Part shown: one piece after another, positions 1 through 10,636 of the stretch
Position numbering within the stretch: position 1 is the stretch's first letter
Layout of the letters: each line of letters begins with the position of its first letter
Virus record (IMG/VR): IMGVR_UViG_2744054632_000003
Direction: 5' to 3' (one strand)
DNA length: 56,004 nt
Source of the DNA: a virus
Lineage: Duplodnaviria; Heunggongvirae; Uroviricota; Caudoviricetes
Position numbers and translations under genes: made by a program
Notes under the pieces: generated by a model
What the model saw: only the letters and a program-made list of their open reading frames with translations
What the model was told of the DNA's origin: nothing
Databases searched by the model: none

Positions 1-201
1 TCAACAATACCCGATATTTATTCCATGCCTCCAGCAACGATCTTTCTTCCTCCGTTGCGATTTCCCAGCATCCTGCAGTGGCGCAATATACTCACTGAAT
101 TCCTGGATGTAGAACTGTGTGGTGACGGTCTTCCAGCCATTCGGCTCCTGCTGTATCGAAGCATACCAGGCTATTTCAATATCGCTATGCTGCGGCAGCA
201 T
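1..201 (-). pseudogene. tail fibre assembly (Tfa)-like C-terminal fragment, frame-shifted at its 3' end; cut by window edge
   Basis: ORF contains SEYIAPLQDA, matching the conserved Tfa C-terminal region; an alternative frame of bases 1-60 reads ATEEERSLLEAWNKYRVLL, i.e. the Tfa C-terminus in a different frame. Confidence 0.45.
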
Positions 202-342
202 TTAACCCCTTGTAATTCATCGCCATAATTGATTTAATTCACAAATAAAACTATAACATGGTGAAATTAATGAAAAAAAAACACAGATGATGGGGCTAAA
301 ATTTACACACCACTTACCCTAAAGCTTTATGACTGGTGGGTT

Positions 343-927
343 TTGGGAGTATCAAATCGGCTTGCATGGGGATGTCCTACAAAGGAACACCTTCTTCCAC
401 ACTTTCTGGAACATTTAGGTAACAACCATCTGGATATTGGTGTTGGAACTGGGTTTTACCTTACTCACGTACCTGAGAGTAGTCTGATATCTTTAATGGA
501 TTTGAACGAAGCTAGCCTGAACGCGGCATCTACAAGGGCTGGGGAATCAAAAATTAAACATAAAATTAGCCATGATGTTTTTGAACCTTATCCCGCAGCG
601 TTACATGGTCAATTTGATTCCATTTCCATGTTTTACCTTCTTCACTGCCTGCCTGGAAATATATCTACAAAAAGCTGTGTAATACGCAATGCGGCGCAGG
701 CCTTAACTGACGATGGAACTCTATACGGAGCCACAATTCTTGGCGATGGAGTTGTGCACAATAGCTTCGGTCAAAAACTGATGCGCATTTACAATCAGAA
801 AGGCATCTTTTCAAACACAAAAGATTCCGAAGAAGGCTTAACACATATACTCTCAGAGCATTTCGAGAATGTTAAAACCAAGGTTCAAGGTACTGTAGTA
901 ATGTTTTCCGCTTCAGGGAAAAAATAG
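343..927 (+). CDS. class I SAM-dependent methyltransferase-like protein; TTG start, N-terminus uncertain
   Basis: Glycine-rich motif LDIGVGTGFY near N-terminus resembles MTase motif I; frame is open from 274 with no in-frame ATG. Confidence 0.4.
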   Translation: MGVSNRLAWGCPTKEHLLPHFLEHLGNNHLDIGVGTGFYLTHVPESSLISLMDLNEASLNAASTRAGESKIKHKISHDVFEPYPAALHGQFDSISMFYLLHCLPGNISTKSCVIRNAAQALTDDGTLYGATILGDGVVHNSFGQKLMRIYNQKGIFSNTKDSEEGLTHILSEHFENVKTKVQGTVVMFSASGKK

Positions 928-968
928 CATCCAACCGCAGCACGTTCTTGCTTAAGACGTGCTGCGGC

Positions 969-1092
969 ATAATCCCAATGATTACTCCCTGACAGGGTTC
1001 GTAGGCCACTCAATATCAGGTGCAGTTGATGTATCAACACGGTTCAGCAACACCCGATACTTCTTCCAGGCTTCCAGCAACGAGGTTTCTTC
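969..1092 (-). pseudogene. Tfa C-terminal remnant
   Basis: Minus-strand translation reads [39 protein letters not shown]-stop, matching the lambda Tfa C-terminus; only about 40 codons open. Confidence 0.55.
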
Positions 1093-1120
1093 CTCCGTTG
1101 CATATACAGCTCACCTTTTT

Positions 1121-1420
1121 TCACCCACGATTAACCAACAGCCAGACCAGCAGACACGCCACCACCGGCACAGCAAAATCCATCAGACTTGCTACATCCC
1201 ACGCGCGCGGATCAAAACCGCCCCACCACGGCATATTCATTCGCTTGCCATGCCCGAACATTTCAATCCAGCGATATTCTGCCTGGGTGTGTTCACGCGC
1301 AATGAAGAACGTACAACCGGCTATCGCCCCGTAAGCCCAGTTCCCGGTAAAAAGACCAATCAGTAGCTGCGCAGCCACAGCACAAAGCGCATGAAGGAAA
1401 GGTGTTATATCCATTTTCAT
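1121..1420 (-). CDS. small hydrophobic protein of unknown function
   Basis: ORF MKMDITPFLHALCAVAAQLLIG... with hydrophobic segments; first ATG is the fourth codon of the listed ORF. Confidence 0.4.
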   Translation of the reverse strand: MKMDITPFLHALCAVAAQLLIGLFTGNWAYGAIAGCTFFIAREHTQAEYRWIEMFGHGKRMNMPWWGGFDPRAWDVASLMDFAVPVVACLLVWLLVNRG

Positions 1421-1459
1421 CCTACCCAATAAAACGGGGCGCTCGACCCCTTAATATTA

Positions 1460-2495
1460 TTAAGACGCAAGCGCCGCCTCAATTGCAGATAATCTTTGTC
1501 TTAATTCTGCGTTTTCTTCTTCCAGTGCTGTTATCCTGTCGTCTGACTCTCTGGCTACCTGAACAAGCAAGCCAGTAACACCAGAATAATCTACTGTGTA
1601 ATAACGTTCACCTTCTTCACCTTCCGATCCGCTTGCACCGTCCTGATATTTCATTGCGGAACCTACAACTTCTGGGATTGCTTCCAGAGCTTCCTGTGCA
1701 ATGACACCAGCATAGGGGATACCGTTTTCTTTAAGCGTGTATGTATAGCCGTTCATTTTACGGATGCGGTCGGTTGCATTATCGATCACCTGAATGTTGT
1801 CTTTCAGATCCCGGTCGGAATGCTGGTTAAATGTGGTGGCATGACATGCACCATTAACGCTTAACATATAGGTGTTATCGGTATTTTTCTGCGCATAGAA
1901 CATATAAGCGCCACCATCAACACCGACTTCATAAACAACAGGACGGCTGGAGTTGCCCCACAATTGAGCAGTAACACCAGCATAAGCGGTTCCCTGTGTG
2001 TTTAATGTCATGGTTGACCCATGATTGGCATATTTGATCTGTAATGTGTCGGTGTAATCAAATTTAATAAGCGCGTTACTTCCACGCTTGCTGTATGACA
2101 TAAGGCAGTTACCCATTTTGAGGTATCCGCTGTCACCGGGAAAAATCATCGTACCGCCATAAAGGTTGGTAGAGTCCCAGCAAATGTTTGTCCCGTTATC
2201 GTTCAGGTTAAGGCGCGCCATTGCGTTACCTGGACTGTCTATCCATTTTTTGAGGTATAGTTCGCAATACGCATCCTCAACACCTGCCGTCCTGTGAGTT
2301 GAGCGGAGTTTTCTCCCAAATATAGCTCCGCTAGTTGGCAATACCTGCTGATACCATGAAGCAGACCAGTCACCAACGATTTCATCTTTGCTGTCTACAT
2401 ATAATTTTGTTGCGTAGCTCCTTGATCGTTTTTTAATTTGCTAACGTCGGATTTTAGCGTTTTGATGTCATCAGGAATTACTGTCGATGTAGCCA
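1460..2495 (-). pseudogene. tail fibre/spike distal protein with C-terminal intramolecular chaperone (peptidase S74-like) domain; apparent frameshift near 2395-2400
   Basis: C-terminus GYTYTLKENGIPYAGVIAQEALEAIPEVV...YYTVDYSGVTGLLVQVARE matches the endosialidase-type chaperone domain; a 33-codon ORF (MATSTVIPDDIKTLKSDVSKLKNDQGATQQNYM) from ATG at 2495 ends in TAG while the 293-aa frame is open just upstream of it; one missing base in an A/T run would join them. Confidence 0.55.
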
Positions 2496-2505
2496 TTTTT
2501 CTTCC

Positions 2506-2787
2506 TCACATCCAGCCACGAAGTTGATGCTCAACAGCAACCACGTATTCATCGAATAATGACGATATTTGCGAATCATTAATGATGCGCACGTTTACAA
2601 AATATCCGTCTTCCTTAACACATACCGGTTCGCCATCTTCAGTCAGTTCTCCGGTTTCTTTGTACGCGTTACCTATCACGTCAATAAGAATATCATCCTG
2701 CATCGACTCGTCATCATAATAGCCAATACTCTCCATAAAGGCCGAAAAGTCGGCCCTGTCGGCAAATTTGAGTGTTAAATCTTTCAT
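2506..2787 (-). CDS. hypothetical 93-aa protein coupled to stf (possible fibre chaperone)
   Basis: ATG overlaps stf stop (TAATG); acidic small protein; no recognised family. Confidence 0.35.
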   Translation of the reverse strand: MKDLTLKFADRADFSAFMESIGYYDDESMQDDILIDVIGNAYKETGELTEDGEPVCVKEDGYFVNVRIINDSQISSLFDEYVVAVEHQLRGWM

Positions 2788-5168
2788 TAGATTGACTCCC
2801 CCACCTGAGCATCAGTCAATGCCTTGTGCCATATTCTAAAATTCCTGACATGACCAAATAAATGACGTAACCCGGCTGTAGTCTGGCCTCCAATACGGAT
2901 AATTGCGGTGTTCTGAATACAGGACCATGTGGTTTTTGTTTCGCTGGATATATGCCCGTTACTTACTGAGCACGTAGACTGCTCTGACTTTACACGCATC
3001 CCCATAACCATTTTTTCAAGCGATGCGTTTTCGTTTACCCGTCTGTTAGCTCCTCCAATATCGCAATAAGGAAATCCGTCGTAATCTGTTGAACGACCGA
3101 AGCCAAGAATAATAGCCGCTCCGGTTTGATGACCGCCGGTATCAAAAACACGTGGCGCTGCATTTGGCGTTTTATACCAGTTCTTATGTACCTCACAAAG
3201 AACCGTAAAAGGAAGATTATAAAGATTATTCTTAATTGGAACTGTAACTATATCGCTTGCGCGGGTCGCCGCCGTCGCTCCTGATATAATAAAAGATGAT
3301 ACACAAGGCCCATCTTCTACTTGTGGGGTGGCCAGATAAATATAGTCACCAGATACGGTTGCCCCGCTCTGCTTAGGAGAATACTGTATCTGAGAGCCTA
3401 TTTTTAACTCCCCATCAATTGCCTGAATTGTTGCCTCTGCAAAAATCCATCCGGTAGCTTCGTCCTTTCTGACTCTCGCTGTAATTCTTGAGGCAGCACC
3501 GCCTGTCATATTAATTTCAAGCGTTTGTGTATCAATATACGCATCACCAAGAAAAGTTGTTGTGCTACCGTCATATTTATCAAACCGGATACGCAACCTT
3601 ACCTGCAGTTCTGTTTTAAAACGACATGAGGTTGTCACGTGTTTATTATCGCCTGAGACATCAACTGACTTTGTTGCAGCAATTGATGCCATATTAATGG
3701 CTGAGGTTTGCCCAATCAGAGAATCGTTGCAGACAAACTTTCCATAGGTAAAACCAAAATTATCCGTCCCTGTTTCGGGCACATCCATATTTGATGATCG
3801 CCCCCAACTTGCAGGGCTTTCCGAATTGAGCATGTAGTTTGTTCTTTGCCCCTCAATAAGCAGGCCATCACGTTCAAATCGTGGCTCGTCAATGGCAGCC
3901 TCTGTCAGCACACCAGATTTGTTAATATAGGTTGCTTTCGATGCACGTTTAAACTTAACAATCTTGTCGCCAGGCATCGTTATTTCATCGTCACCAATAA
4001 CAATTTTTTTATATGATGGCGAAAAGCCCGTAATCATATCCAGCGAATCGTTAAATGGTATCCACACATCAGGCAGCGGCTGTAAGACATATTTATACGG
4101 CTCTGCTGCCTGACTTGCATACTCTCTGGCTGCGTCTTCACTTGCTTTAGCTGCTGTCTGGCTTGCTGCCGATGCTTTCGCCGAGTTCGCCGCTGCAGTC
4201 TCGCTTGTCTTTGCATTGGTTTCACTGGTTTTTGCTGCTTTTTGACTGTTGGCTGATGCAGTGGCAGAAGCAGCCGCCGCGCTTGCAGAACCAGCTGCAG
4301 CACTCTCGCTTTGGGCTGCTGCATCCTGACTGTTTTTCGCCGCAGTTTCGCTGGCTTTGGCATTCGTTTCGCTGGTCTTCGCTGCCGTCTGGCTGGACTT
4401 TGCGTTAGTTTCACTCGTCTTCGCAGCTTTCTGGCTGTTAGCCGCAGCAGTTGCTGATCCAGCTGCTGAAGTCGCAGAACCGGCTGCCGCGCTCTCGATT
4501 TGGGCTGCTGCAACCTGGCTGTTTTTTGCCGCAGTTTCACTGGCTTTGGCATTCGTTTCGCTGGTTTTCGCTGCCGTCTGGCTGGACTTTGCGTTGGTTT
4601 CGCTCGTCTTTGCGGCTGTCTCGCTATTTTTCGCGTTGGTTTCTGATTTTTTGGCTGCTGTCGCGGAGTTTGCCGATGCAGTCTTTGAGGTCGCTGCCGC
4701 CTGTGCACTATTAGCTGCATTCGTTTCTGAGGTTTTCGCCGCGTTCTTCGATGATGCCGCTGCAGTTTCGGATTTCTTTGCCGCCGCTGCGCTCTGAGAG
4801 GCGGCTTCAGCGTTGCGTGCCGCTTCTTCCACCATTTCCTCAAAACGACGCAATGCCTCCGGCATGACATCATCTTCCGTCATGGCACCGAGAAAATCAT
4901 TCAGCGTACCTGGTCTGGAGCCTTCATAGACGGTAATGGTCCCGGCATGTGAAGGCGGAAAACCTTCAACCAGCAGGGTGACGCTGTACTGGCCATACTC
5001 AACATCCATGCTGTAACGTCCGGCTTCATCCGGATTTTCAGAAGCCACCGTGTTCACCAGTACCGTGGTGCTGTTACGCTTTGCCTTCAGTTGAATAGTG
5101 CAGTTCTGTATTGGTTTTCCCGCACCATCTTTCAGCACACCTGAGATTTTTACTGCTGCCATATCCAC
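2787..5168 (-). CDS. stf: side tail fibre protein Stf with Ala/Ser/Thr-rich repeat shaft and LamG-like C-terminal domain
   Basis: N-terminus AVKISGVLKDGAGKPIQNCTIQLKAKRNSTT...GRYSMDVEYGQYSV matches lambda Stf; repeats AAKTSETNAKSSQT; C-terminus NFRIWHKALTDAQV resembles lectin/LamG domain ends. Confidence 0.85.
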   Translation of the reverse strand: MDMAAVKISGVLKDGAGKPIQNCTIQLKAKRNSTTVLVNTVASENPDEAGRYSMDVEYGQYSVTLLVEGFPPSHAGTITVYEGSRPGTLNDFLGAMTEDDVMPEALRRFEEMVEEAARNAEAASQSAAAAKKSETAAASSKNAAKTSETNAANSAQAAATSKTASANSATAAKKSETNAKNSETAAKTSETNAKSSQTAAKTSETNAKASETAAKNSQVAAAQIESAAAGSATSAAGSATAAANSQKAAKTSETNAKSSQTAAKTSETNAKASETAAKNSQDAAAQSESAAAGSASAAAASATASANSQKAAKTSETNAKTSETAAANSAKASAASQTAAKASEDAAREYASQAAEPYKYVLQPLPDVWIPFNDSLDMITGFSPSYKKIVIGDDEITMPGDKIVKFKRASKATYINKSGVLTEAAIDEPRFERDGLLIEGQRTNYMLNSESPASWGRSSNMDVPETGTDNFGFTYGKFVCNDSLIGQTSAINMASIAATKSVDVSGDNKHVTTSCRFKTELQVRLRIRFDKYDGSTTTFLGDAYIDTQTLEINMTGGAASRITARVRKDEATGWIFAEATIQAIDGELKIGSQIQYSPKQSGATVSGDYIYLATPQVEDGPCVSSFIISGATAATRASDIVTVPIKNNLYNLPFTVLCEVHKNWYKTPNAAPRVFDTGGHQTGAAIILGFGRSTDYDGFPYCDIGGANRRVNENASLEKMVMGMRVKSEQSTCSVSNGHISSETKTTWSCIQNTAIIRIGGQTTAGLRHLFGHVRNFRIWHKALTDAQVGESI
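4140..4800. repeat. imperfect tandem direct repeats (~190 bp unit) inside stf coding sequence
   Basis: Blocks around 4310-4420 and 4500-4615 are near-identical; encode the repeated TSETNAK motif. Confidence 0.6.
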
Positions 5169-5173
5169 TCCAC

Positions 5174-5199
5174 AAAAAAGCCCGCCTGAACCGGCGGGC
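5174..5199 (-). terminator. rho-independent terminator downstream of lom
   Basis: Hairpin GCCCGCC-tgaacc-GGCGGGC followed on the minus strand by TTTTTT. Confidence 0.5.
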
Positions 5200-5226
5200 T
5201 GTCATAACACTGTGTTACCTGGCTAA

Positions 5227-5826
5227 TCAGAACTTATAACCGACACCCACGATGAAACCGTCAGTGCGCCAGTCGCCACTGCCGGAGCCTTCATAAGCAA
5301 TATCAATGGCCACGGATTCGGTCGGGTTAAACTGCACGCCAGCTCCCCACGCCAGAGACGTGTTGCTGTGGCGATCGTCATCACTTCCGGTCAGCACATC
5401 GTGCGTTTTCCCCTTGTTGTCAGTTACGCGGAGATAATCCCCGGAGAACGTCGAAACGCGGCTGTAAGCCACACCTGCCATCGCATAAGCACTGAACCAT
5501 TCATTCACGCGTACAGATGGCCCCGCCATCATGCTGAACCAGCGGTTACGCACTGAATCTTCATGCCAGCGGGTATCGCTGTAATGCGTTCTTTGCTCAT
5601 CTTTGGCATTGGCATAACTGAATGACGTCACCAGCCCCAGCGTGTCCGTAAATTCATAACGGTATTTCACGTTAATGCCCTTCAGGTCATCACTGCCTGG
5701 CATATCAGTATGGGTCTGAAGATACCCGGCGCTTAGTGTGGACTGATGCTCTGCTGCGCTCGCTGGCGTACCAGCGGCAACCAGCCAGACTACTGCGGAC
5801 AGAATAACAGCACATAATTTACGCAT
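5227..5826 (-). CDS. lom: Lom outer membrane protein (Ail/Lom family)
   Basis: Near full-length match to lambda Lom (MRKL...HQSTLSAGYL...GFIVGVGYKF). Confidence 0.95.
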   Translation of the reverse strand: MRKLCAVILSAVVWLVAAGTPASAAEHQSTLSAGYLQTHTDMPGSDDLKGINVKYRYEFTDTLGLVTSFSYANAKDEQRTHYSDTRWHEDSVRNRWFSMMAGPSVRVNEWFSAYAMAGVAYSRVSTFSGDYLRVTDNKGKTHDVLTGSDDDRHSNTSLAWGAGVQFNPTESVAIDIAYEGSGSGDWRTDGFIVGVGYKF

Positions 5827-5850
5827 AATTACCTCTCGCTTTTCTGCAAT

Positions 5851-5874
5851 AAAAAAGGCACCATTTCTGGTGCC
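5851..5874 (-). terminator. rho-independent terminator downstream of J
   Basis: Hairpin GGCACC-atttct-GGTGCC followed on the minus strand by TTTTTT. Confidence 0.5.
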
Positions 5875-5893
5875 CGTATCTGGGTTATAAAAT

Positions 5894-8800
5894 TCAGCTA
5901 ATCGTGATGCCTGCAGTGGCTTTCTTCATCACAACAACCAGCAAATCGCTGATACTTGCTGTGGGATACCAGCCATTTACCAGCCATGCTGACACCGAAA
6001 ACTCCAGTGTCATGTGACCGTGACCGGCAGGCATATCAATAACGCCACTGTAAATCAGCGTATTATCCAGCGCGGTACGGTTATAAATTTCAGCACCGTT
6101 TTTCCGCACTATCAGACGGCATGAGGAGTAAATATCAGTATGCTCTCTCTCATGCTTAGCGCCACTGAATGCCACCGCCGGAATAACAATTTGCCGGTCA
6201 AACGGCTGATCGTCATAAACCCTGACGGTAATGGTCCCTGATGGCCACCGCTCCGGTGCTCGGGAGTCACGGGGGAAAGCTTTGCCCACTGTTTTAACGA
6301 GATCGCCTTCAATCTGGTTCGCGGACAGTTTTCCCAGAACCCGGCAGTTCTCGTTAATCGTGACGTTGTTGAGCGTCCCGGAGTTCGCATTCACGTTACC
6401 GCTGATATCGGCATTTTTCGCCGTCAGCCGCCCGTCCGGTGTCAGGGAAAATGCCGGAGGATTACCGCCGCTGGTAATGGTGGGAGCCGTCAGATATTTC
6501 AGGAACACTTCGTTCATGAATATCTGATTGCCCTGCGCCACAAACATCGGCGTTTCATTCCCGTTTGCCGGGTCAATAAATGCGATACGGTTAGCGGCAA
6601 CCAGGAACTGGCTCAGTTTGCCTTCCTCCGTGTCCTCCATGCTGAGGCCAAGCCCCGCGACATAATGTTTGCCGTCTTTGGTCTGCTCAATTTTGACAGC
6701 CCACATGGCATTCCACTTATCGTTGGCGTCCTTCCACTCTTTCGAAAACTCCTCCAGTCTGCTGGCGTTATCCTCCGTCAGCTCGACTTTTTCCAGCAGC
6801 TCCTTGCCGGGATGGGATTCGGTTATCTTGCCTTTGAAAAAATCCAGGTAACCTTCCGCATCATCGCTCGCCCGACTGACAGCCTCCACGAATGTCGATT
6901 TGCCGACGGTGTTCACACTGCGAACGTAAAAATAATAATCATGGCCCGGTTTGATATTGATACTGGCGGCTATCCAGTACAGCGCCGTGCCAAGATAACG
7001 CGCGCTGGTTTCAACCTGCCTGATATCCGCAATCCGATTTTCCGAGAACCAGAACTCAAACTGTACCGTCGGATCATAAACCGCAAGATGCGGCGTGGCG
7101 GTTATCTGAAAATAGCCCGGCGTCAGCTCAATCCGCGATGGCGCTGCCGGTGCGGCAATCCGGAACGATACCGACGCCGGATCGCCCTGCTGCCCCCACG
7201 CATTTACCGCCCGGACTGTCAGACTGTAATTTCCCAGAGCCAGCTGCCTGAAGCGGTATGTGGTTTCCGTCGTCCGGGCCGTGCTGACCAGCCGCTCACT
7301 GCCGTCATCCGCTGCCACGGTCAGGCGAAGCATAAAGCTCACGCCCTTCACCACCTTCGGCGTATCCCAGCGCGCCAGCACCTGGTATTCCCCGCTGTCT
7401 GCGGTGACTTCGGCGGTCAGGTGCTGCACCGCTGGCGGCGTGACACCATTCACCGTGCCGCTCTGGTCGCCGTCAAAGTGCGCCCCGTTATCCACGATGG
7501 CTTCTTTTTCCGGTACATGCTGCACGGCAGTGATGGCATACGTGCCGTCATCGTTCTCACGGATACTCACACAGCGGAACAGGCGCTGGCGCAGCGTCGG
7601 CAGCTTCAGCCCCCACACGCTGTATCCGGCAACGCCGTCAGGAACCCGACTCACTTTCACCTTCACGCCGTCGGTGACGGACTGAACCTCCACGCTGACC
7701 GGACTCCCCTGCCCGTCAACCAGGCTTATCAGCGTGGTACCGGAGGATGGCAGCGTGATTTCACGGTCGAGCGTCAGCGTCCGGGTCTGGCTGTTCACCG
7801 CCAGCACGCGCCCGCCAATGCTGATCCCCGCATAGTCATCATCGCAGATTTCAATAACATCACCCGGTACATGGCGAAGCCCTTCTGCGCCGACGCTGAA
7901 ATCCACGGTCTGCGTTTCCAGCAGTTCTGTTTTAATCAGCCACAGCCCGGCGCGGTGTGCCTGCCCCCGGCTGGTACAGCCAAAGGCATCCATCTTCGTG
8001 ACGTTACGACCGTAACGGGCAATGGCCTGCGTGTCCTCCACAAGCTCTGTCGCCGTCTCCCAGCCGTTATTCGGGTCAATCCAGTTCACCTCAACGGCAT
8101 TATGACGGTCCTTCAGGGCGCTGAAGCTGTAGCGGAACGGCGCGCCATCATCCGGCATCACCACATTACTACGGTTATAGGTCCACACCTTATCCGATGG
8201 CCGGTCCTGCACGAACGTCAGCGTCTGCCCGTTCCATACCGGCATACAGCGCATCGCCGAGCAGAAATCACTGAGCACATCCCACGCCTTGCGCTGCGTG
8301 GTCAGCCAGGCATTACAGGTGATGCGCGGCTCCGTGCCACCAAAGCCATCCGGCACCGACTGGTCGCAATTCTGGCCGATGACATACAGCGCCCATTTGT
8401 CCACATCCGCCGCACCGAGACGCTTCCCCATGCCGTAGCGCGGATGGGTCAGCATATCCCACAGACACCAGGCCATGTTGTTGCTGTATGCCGGTTTAAA
8501 CGTCCCGTCCCAGATACCGCTGTATTGCCGCGTCTGCGGGTTATAGTTCGACGGCACCTGCAGAATACGCCCGCGCAGATGATAATTACGGCTCACCTGC
8601 TGGCTGCCGAACTGCTCCGAGTCCACCTGCACGCCGACCAGTGCCGTGTTCGGGTAGCACTGTTTCACATCGATGATTTCGGTGTATGACGACCAGAGCG
8701 TTTTGTTCTGCAGCTGGTCTGTGGTGCTGTCCGGCGTCATCCTGCGCATCCGGATATTAAACGGGCGCGGCGGCAGGTTATCCACCACCACTGAGGCCAG

Positions 8801-9289
8801 ATACTGCGAGGTGGTTTTACCCTTAATGGTGATGTCTTTTTCCGTCACCCAGCCACCGTTACGTTGTATCTGAACCAGCAGGCGGACTTCCGATGGATTC
8901 CTGTCCCCCTTTGAGGTGGTTTCCACCAGTGCCTGCACACCGAAGGTAAAGCGCAGACGGTCGATGTTTGCCGACGTGATGGTGCGGGTGATCGGCGTGT
9001 CATATTTCACTTCCGTACCCAGCACCGTCTCGGAACCGGAGGATTCAAATCCCTCCGGCGGAGTCTGCTCCTGCTCACCGGCCCGGAACACCACCGTGAC
9101 GCCGGATATATTGGTATTCCCCTCACTGTCCAGCACCGGCGTACTGTTCAGCAGCACGCTTTTTAATCCATCCACCGGACCTTCAACCGGCCCTTCGCTG
9201 ATGGCATCGATCACACTCAGCAGCTGCGTGGACTTCAGGTTGTCCTTCGCTTCGCGCGGGGTATGCCCCTTACTGCTGCCTTTACCCAT
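5894..9289 (-). CDS. J: tail tip host-specificity protein J
   Basis: 1131 aa, colinear with lambda J ([26 protein letters not shown]...); C-terminal receptor-binding part diverges. Confidence 0.95.
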   Translation of the reverse strand: MGKGSSKGHTPREAKDNLKSTQLLSVIDAISEGPVEGPVDGLKSVLLNSTPVLDSEGNTNISGVTVVFRAGEQEQTPPEGFESSGSETVLGTEVKYDTPITRTITSANIDRLRFTFGVQALVETTSKGDRNPSEVRLLVQIQRNGGWVTEKDITIKGKTTSQYLASVVVDNLPPRPFNIRMRRMTPDSTTDQLQNKTLWSSYTEIIDVKQCYPNTALVGVQVDSEQFGSQQVSRNYHLRGRILQVPSNYNPQTRQYSGIWDGTFKPAYSNNMAWCLWDMLTHPRYGMGKRLGAADVDKWALYVIGQNCDQSVPDGFGGTEPRITCNAWLTTQRKAWDVLSDFCSAMRCMPVWNGQTLTFVQDRPSDKVWTYNRSNVVMPDDGAPFRYSFSALKDRHNAVEVNWIDPNNGWETATELVEDTQAIARYGRNVTKMDAFGCTSRGQAHRAGLWLIKTELLETQTVDFSVGAEGLRHVPGDVIEICDDDYAGISIGGRVLAVNSQTRTLTLDREITLPSSGTTLISLVDGQGSPVSVEVQSVTDGVKVKVSRVPDGVAGYSVWGLKLPTLRQRLFRCVSIRENDDGTYAITAVQHVPEKEAIVDNGAHFDGDQSGTVNGVTPPAVQHLTAEVTADSGEYQVLARWDTPKVVKGVSFMLRLTVAADDGSERLVSTARTTETTYRFRQLALGNYSLTVRAVNAWGQQGDPASVSFRIAAPAAPSRIELTPGYFQITATPHLAVYDPTVQFEFWFSENRIADIRQVETSARYLGTALYWIAASINIKPGHDYYFYVRSVNTVGKSTFVEAVSRASDDAEGYLDFFKGKITESHPGKELLEKVELTEDNASRLEEFSKEWKDANDKWNAMWAVKIEQTKDGKHYVAGLGLSMEDTEEGKLSQFLVAANRIAFIDPANGNETPMFVAQGNQIFMNEVFLKYLTAPTITSGGNPPAFSLTPDGRLTAKNADISGNVNANSGTLNNVTINENCRVLGKLSANQIEGDLVKTVGKAFPRDSRAPERWPSGTITVRVYDDQPFDRQIVIPAVAFSGAKHEREHTDIYSSCRLIVRKNGAEIYNRTALDNTLIYSGVIDMPAGHGHMTLEFSVSAWLVNGWYPTASISDLLVVVMKKATAGITIS

Positions 9290-9349
9290 TCGTCATGCTC
9301 CATAAACGATAAAACCGCCCGGAGGCGGTTTCACATAAAACGTTTTTCA

Positions 9350-9991
9350 TCAGCGACCAATCACCACAACCTGACCACCATCACCTTCATCTGCTGTGCT
9401 GATCTCCTGAGATACCACACGTGATCCCACGCGCATTTCACCGTACAGAACGGGCAGAACATTGCCCTGGGCAACCATATTATCCAGTGAAGAAAAATAG
9501 GTGTTCTGTTTGCCGTTATCCGTTGTCTGTGTGCGGGGGGTTTTGGGTTTAGGGGCCAGCATCTGTGCAACACCGCCAAGCGTCATACTGGCACCGAGAG
9601 AAAACAGCAGATTACTCGCCATAATTCCTACCCCCGGCATCCATATAGCAACCGCCATAACAGCCGCCCCCAGCACAGCCTGAAACACACCGCCACTTTT
9701 GGCTCCTGCCAGACGCGGCACGATATGGATCACAGCACCATTTGCCAGCGGTTCATTAAGACGGGCTGATAATTCCGTTTCACCTGTATCACGCCCGGCA
9801 ATCCGTACCTGATACCAGCCGTCGCTCAGTTTCTGACGAAACGCCGGGAGCTGTGTGGCCAGCGCCCGGATGGCTTCAGCCCCCGTTTTCACACGAAGGT
9901 CGATGCGGCGACCAAATCGTTGTAAATCCCCGTAAAGGCAGATGCGCGCCATGCCCGGTGACGCCAGAGGGAGTGTGTGCGTCGCTGCCAT
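9350..9991 (-). CDS. I: tail assembly protein I
   Basis: MAATHTLPLASPGMARICLYGDLQRFGRR matches lambda I. Confidence 0.9.
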   Translation of the reverse strand: MAATHTLPLASPGMARICLYGDLQRFGRRIDLRVKTGAEAIRALATQLPAFRQKLSDGWYQVRIAGRDTGETELSARLNEPLANGAVIHIVPRLAGAKSGGVFQAVLGAAVMAVAIWMPGVGIMASNLLFSLGASMTLGGVAQMLAPKPKTPRTQTTDNGKQNTYFSSLDNMVAQGNVLPVLYGEMRVGSRVVSQEISTADEGDGGQVVVIGR

Positions 9992-10632
9992 TTGTCGGTA
10001 TACCTCTCTCGTTTGCTCAGTTGTTCAGGAATATGGTGCAGCAGCTCGCCATCACCACAGTAAATGGCGGCATGATTCGGCACCGATGAACCAAAACAGC
10101 ACAGCAGCACATCGCCCGGTTGTGCTGATGACAACGGCACCTGATACAGCCCTGTGGCCTCCAGATTATCCAGATAGAGATTCTGACCGTGACGCCACCA
10201 GTCATCCTCGCGATGAAAATCCGGCATCTCAATCCCCGCCAGATGATAAGCATCCCGGAACAGCGTGTAACAGTCCGTCACCCCGTGCTCAAAGCGCCGC
10301 CCGGTGAGATGCGGCACACAGCGGAACTTATGAATCGCCCCCCGGCAGACCAGCAACCACGGCAAATCACTCTGCACCTGCAGCCGCCGGTCAGCCTCAC
10401 TCAGCCAGGGCAGACCACCGGGGTGGCTGTGGACCAGCGCCACAATCTCACCCTGCATTTCTGCCTGCAGCCAGTCCTCCGGAGCCATCCGGAAATAATC
10501 CTCCGGCTCACCGGAGATATTCACGCAGGGGAAATATCTTTCCCCCTCCGGCGTGCTTACCACGAAGCCGCACGACTCCGCTGGCGCACATCGCCGGGCG
10601 TGCGCCAGAATCGCTGATTCTGTCTCTGTCAT
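9889..10632 (-). CDS. K: tail assembly protein K (MPN/JAMM + NlpC/P60 domains)
   Basis: MTETESAILAHARRCAPAESCGFVV with HSHP motif and Cys/His NlpC-P60 signature; start taken at MTETES; 3' end overlaps I by about 100 nt. Confidence 0.8.
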   Translation of the reverse strand: MTETESAILAHARRCAPAESCGFVVSTPEGERYFPCVNISGEPEDYFRMAPEDWLQAEMQGEIVALVHSHPGGLPWLSEADRRLQVQSDLPWLLVCRGAIHKFRCVPHLTGRRFEHGVTDCYTLFRDAYHLAGIEMPDFHREDDWWRHGQNLYLDNLEATGLYQVPLSSAQPGDVLLCCFGSSVPNHAAIYCGDGELLHHIPEQLSKRERYTDKWQRRTHSLWRHRAWRASAFTGIYNDLVAASTFV

Positions 10633-10636
10633 GGGA

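Noticed and set aside
959-1366. Plus-strand ORFs of 135 and 104 aa
   Set aside because: Antisense to the Tfa remnant and the small membrane ORF; their Tfa-like peptide is simply the reverse frame of the real remnant.
4034-4873. Arg/Gln-rich 279-aa ORF and neighbouring plus-strand ORFs (4163-4408, 4357-4797, 4451-4714)
   Set aside because: Alternative frames through the repetitive stf shaft; low-complexity translations with no start context.
6665-8689. 674-aa plus-strand ORF
   Set aside because: Lies entirely antisense to the well-supported J gene; Arg/Pro-rich composition typical of a reverse-frame artefact in GC-rich coding DNA.
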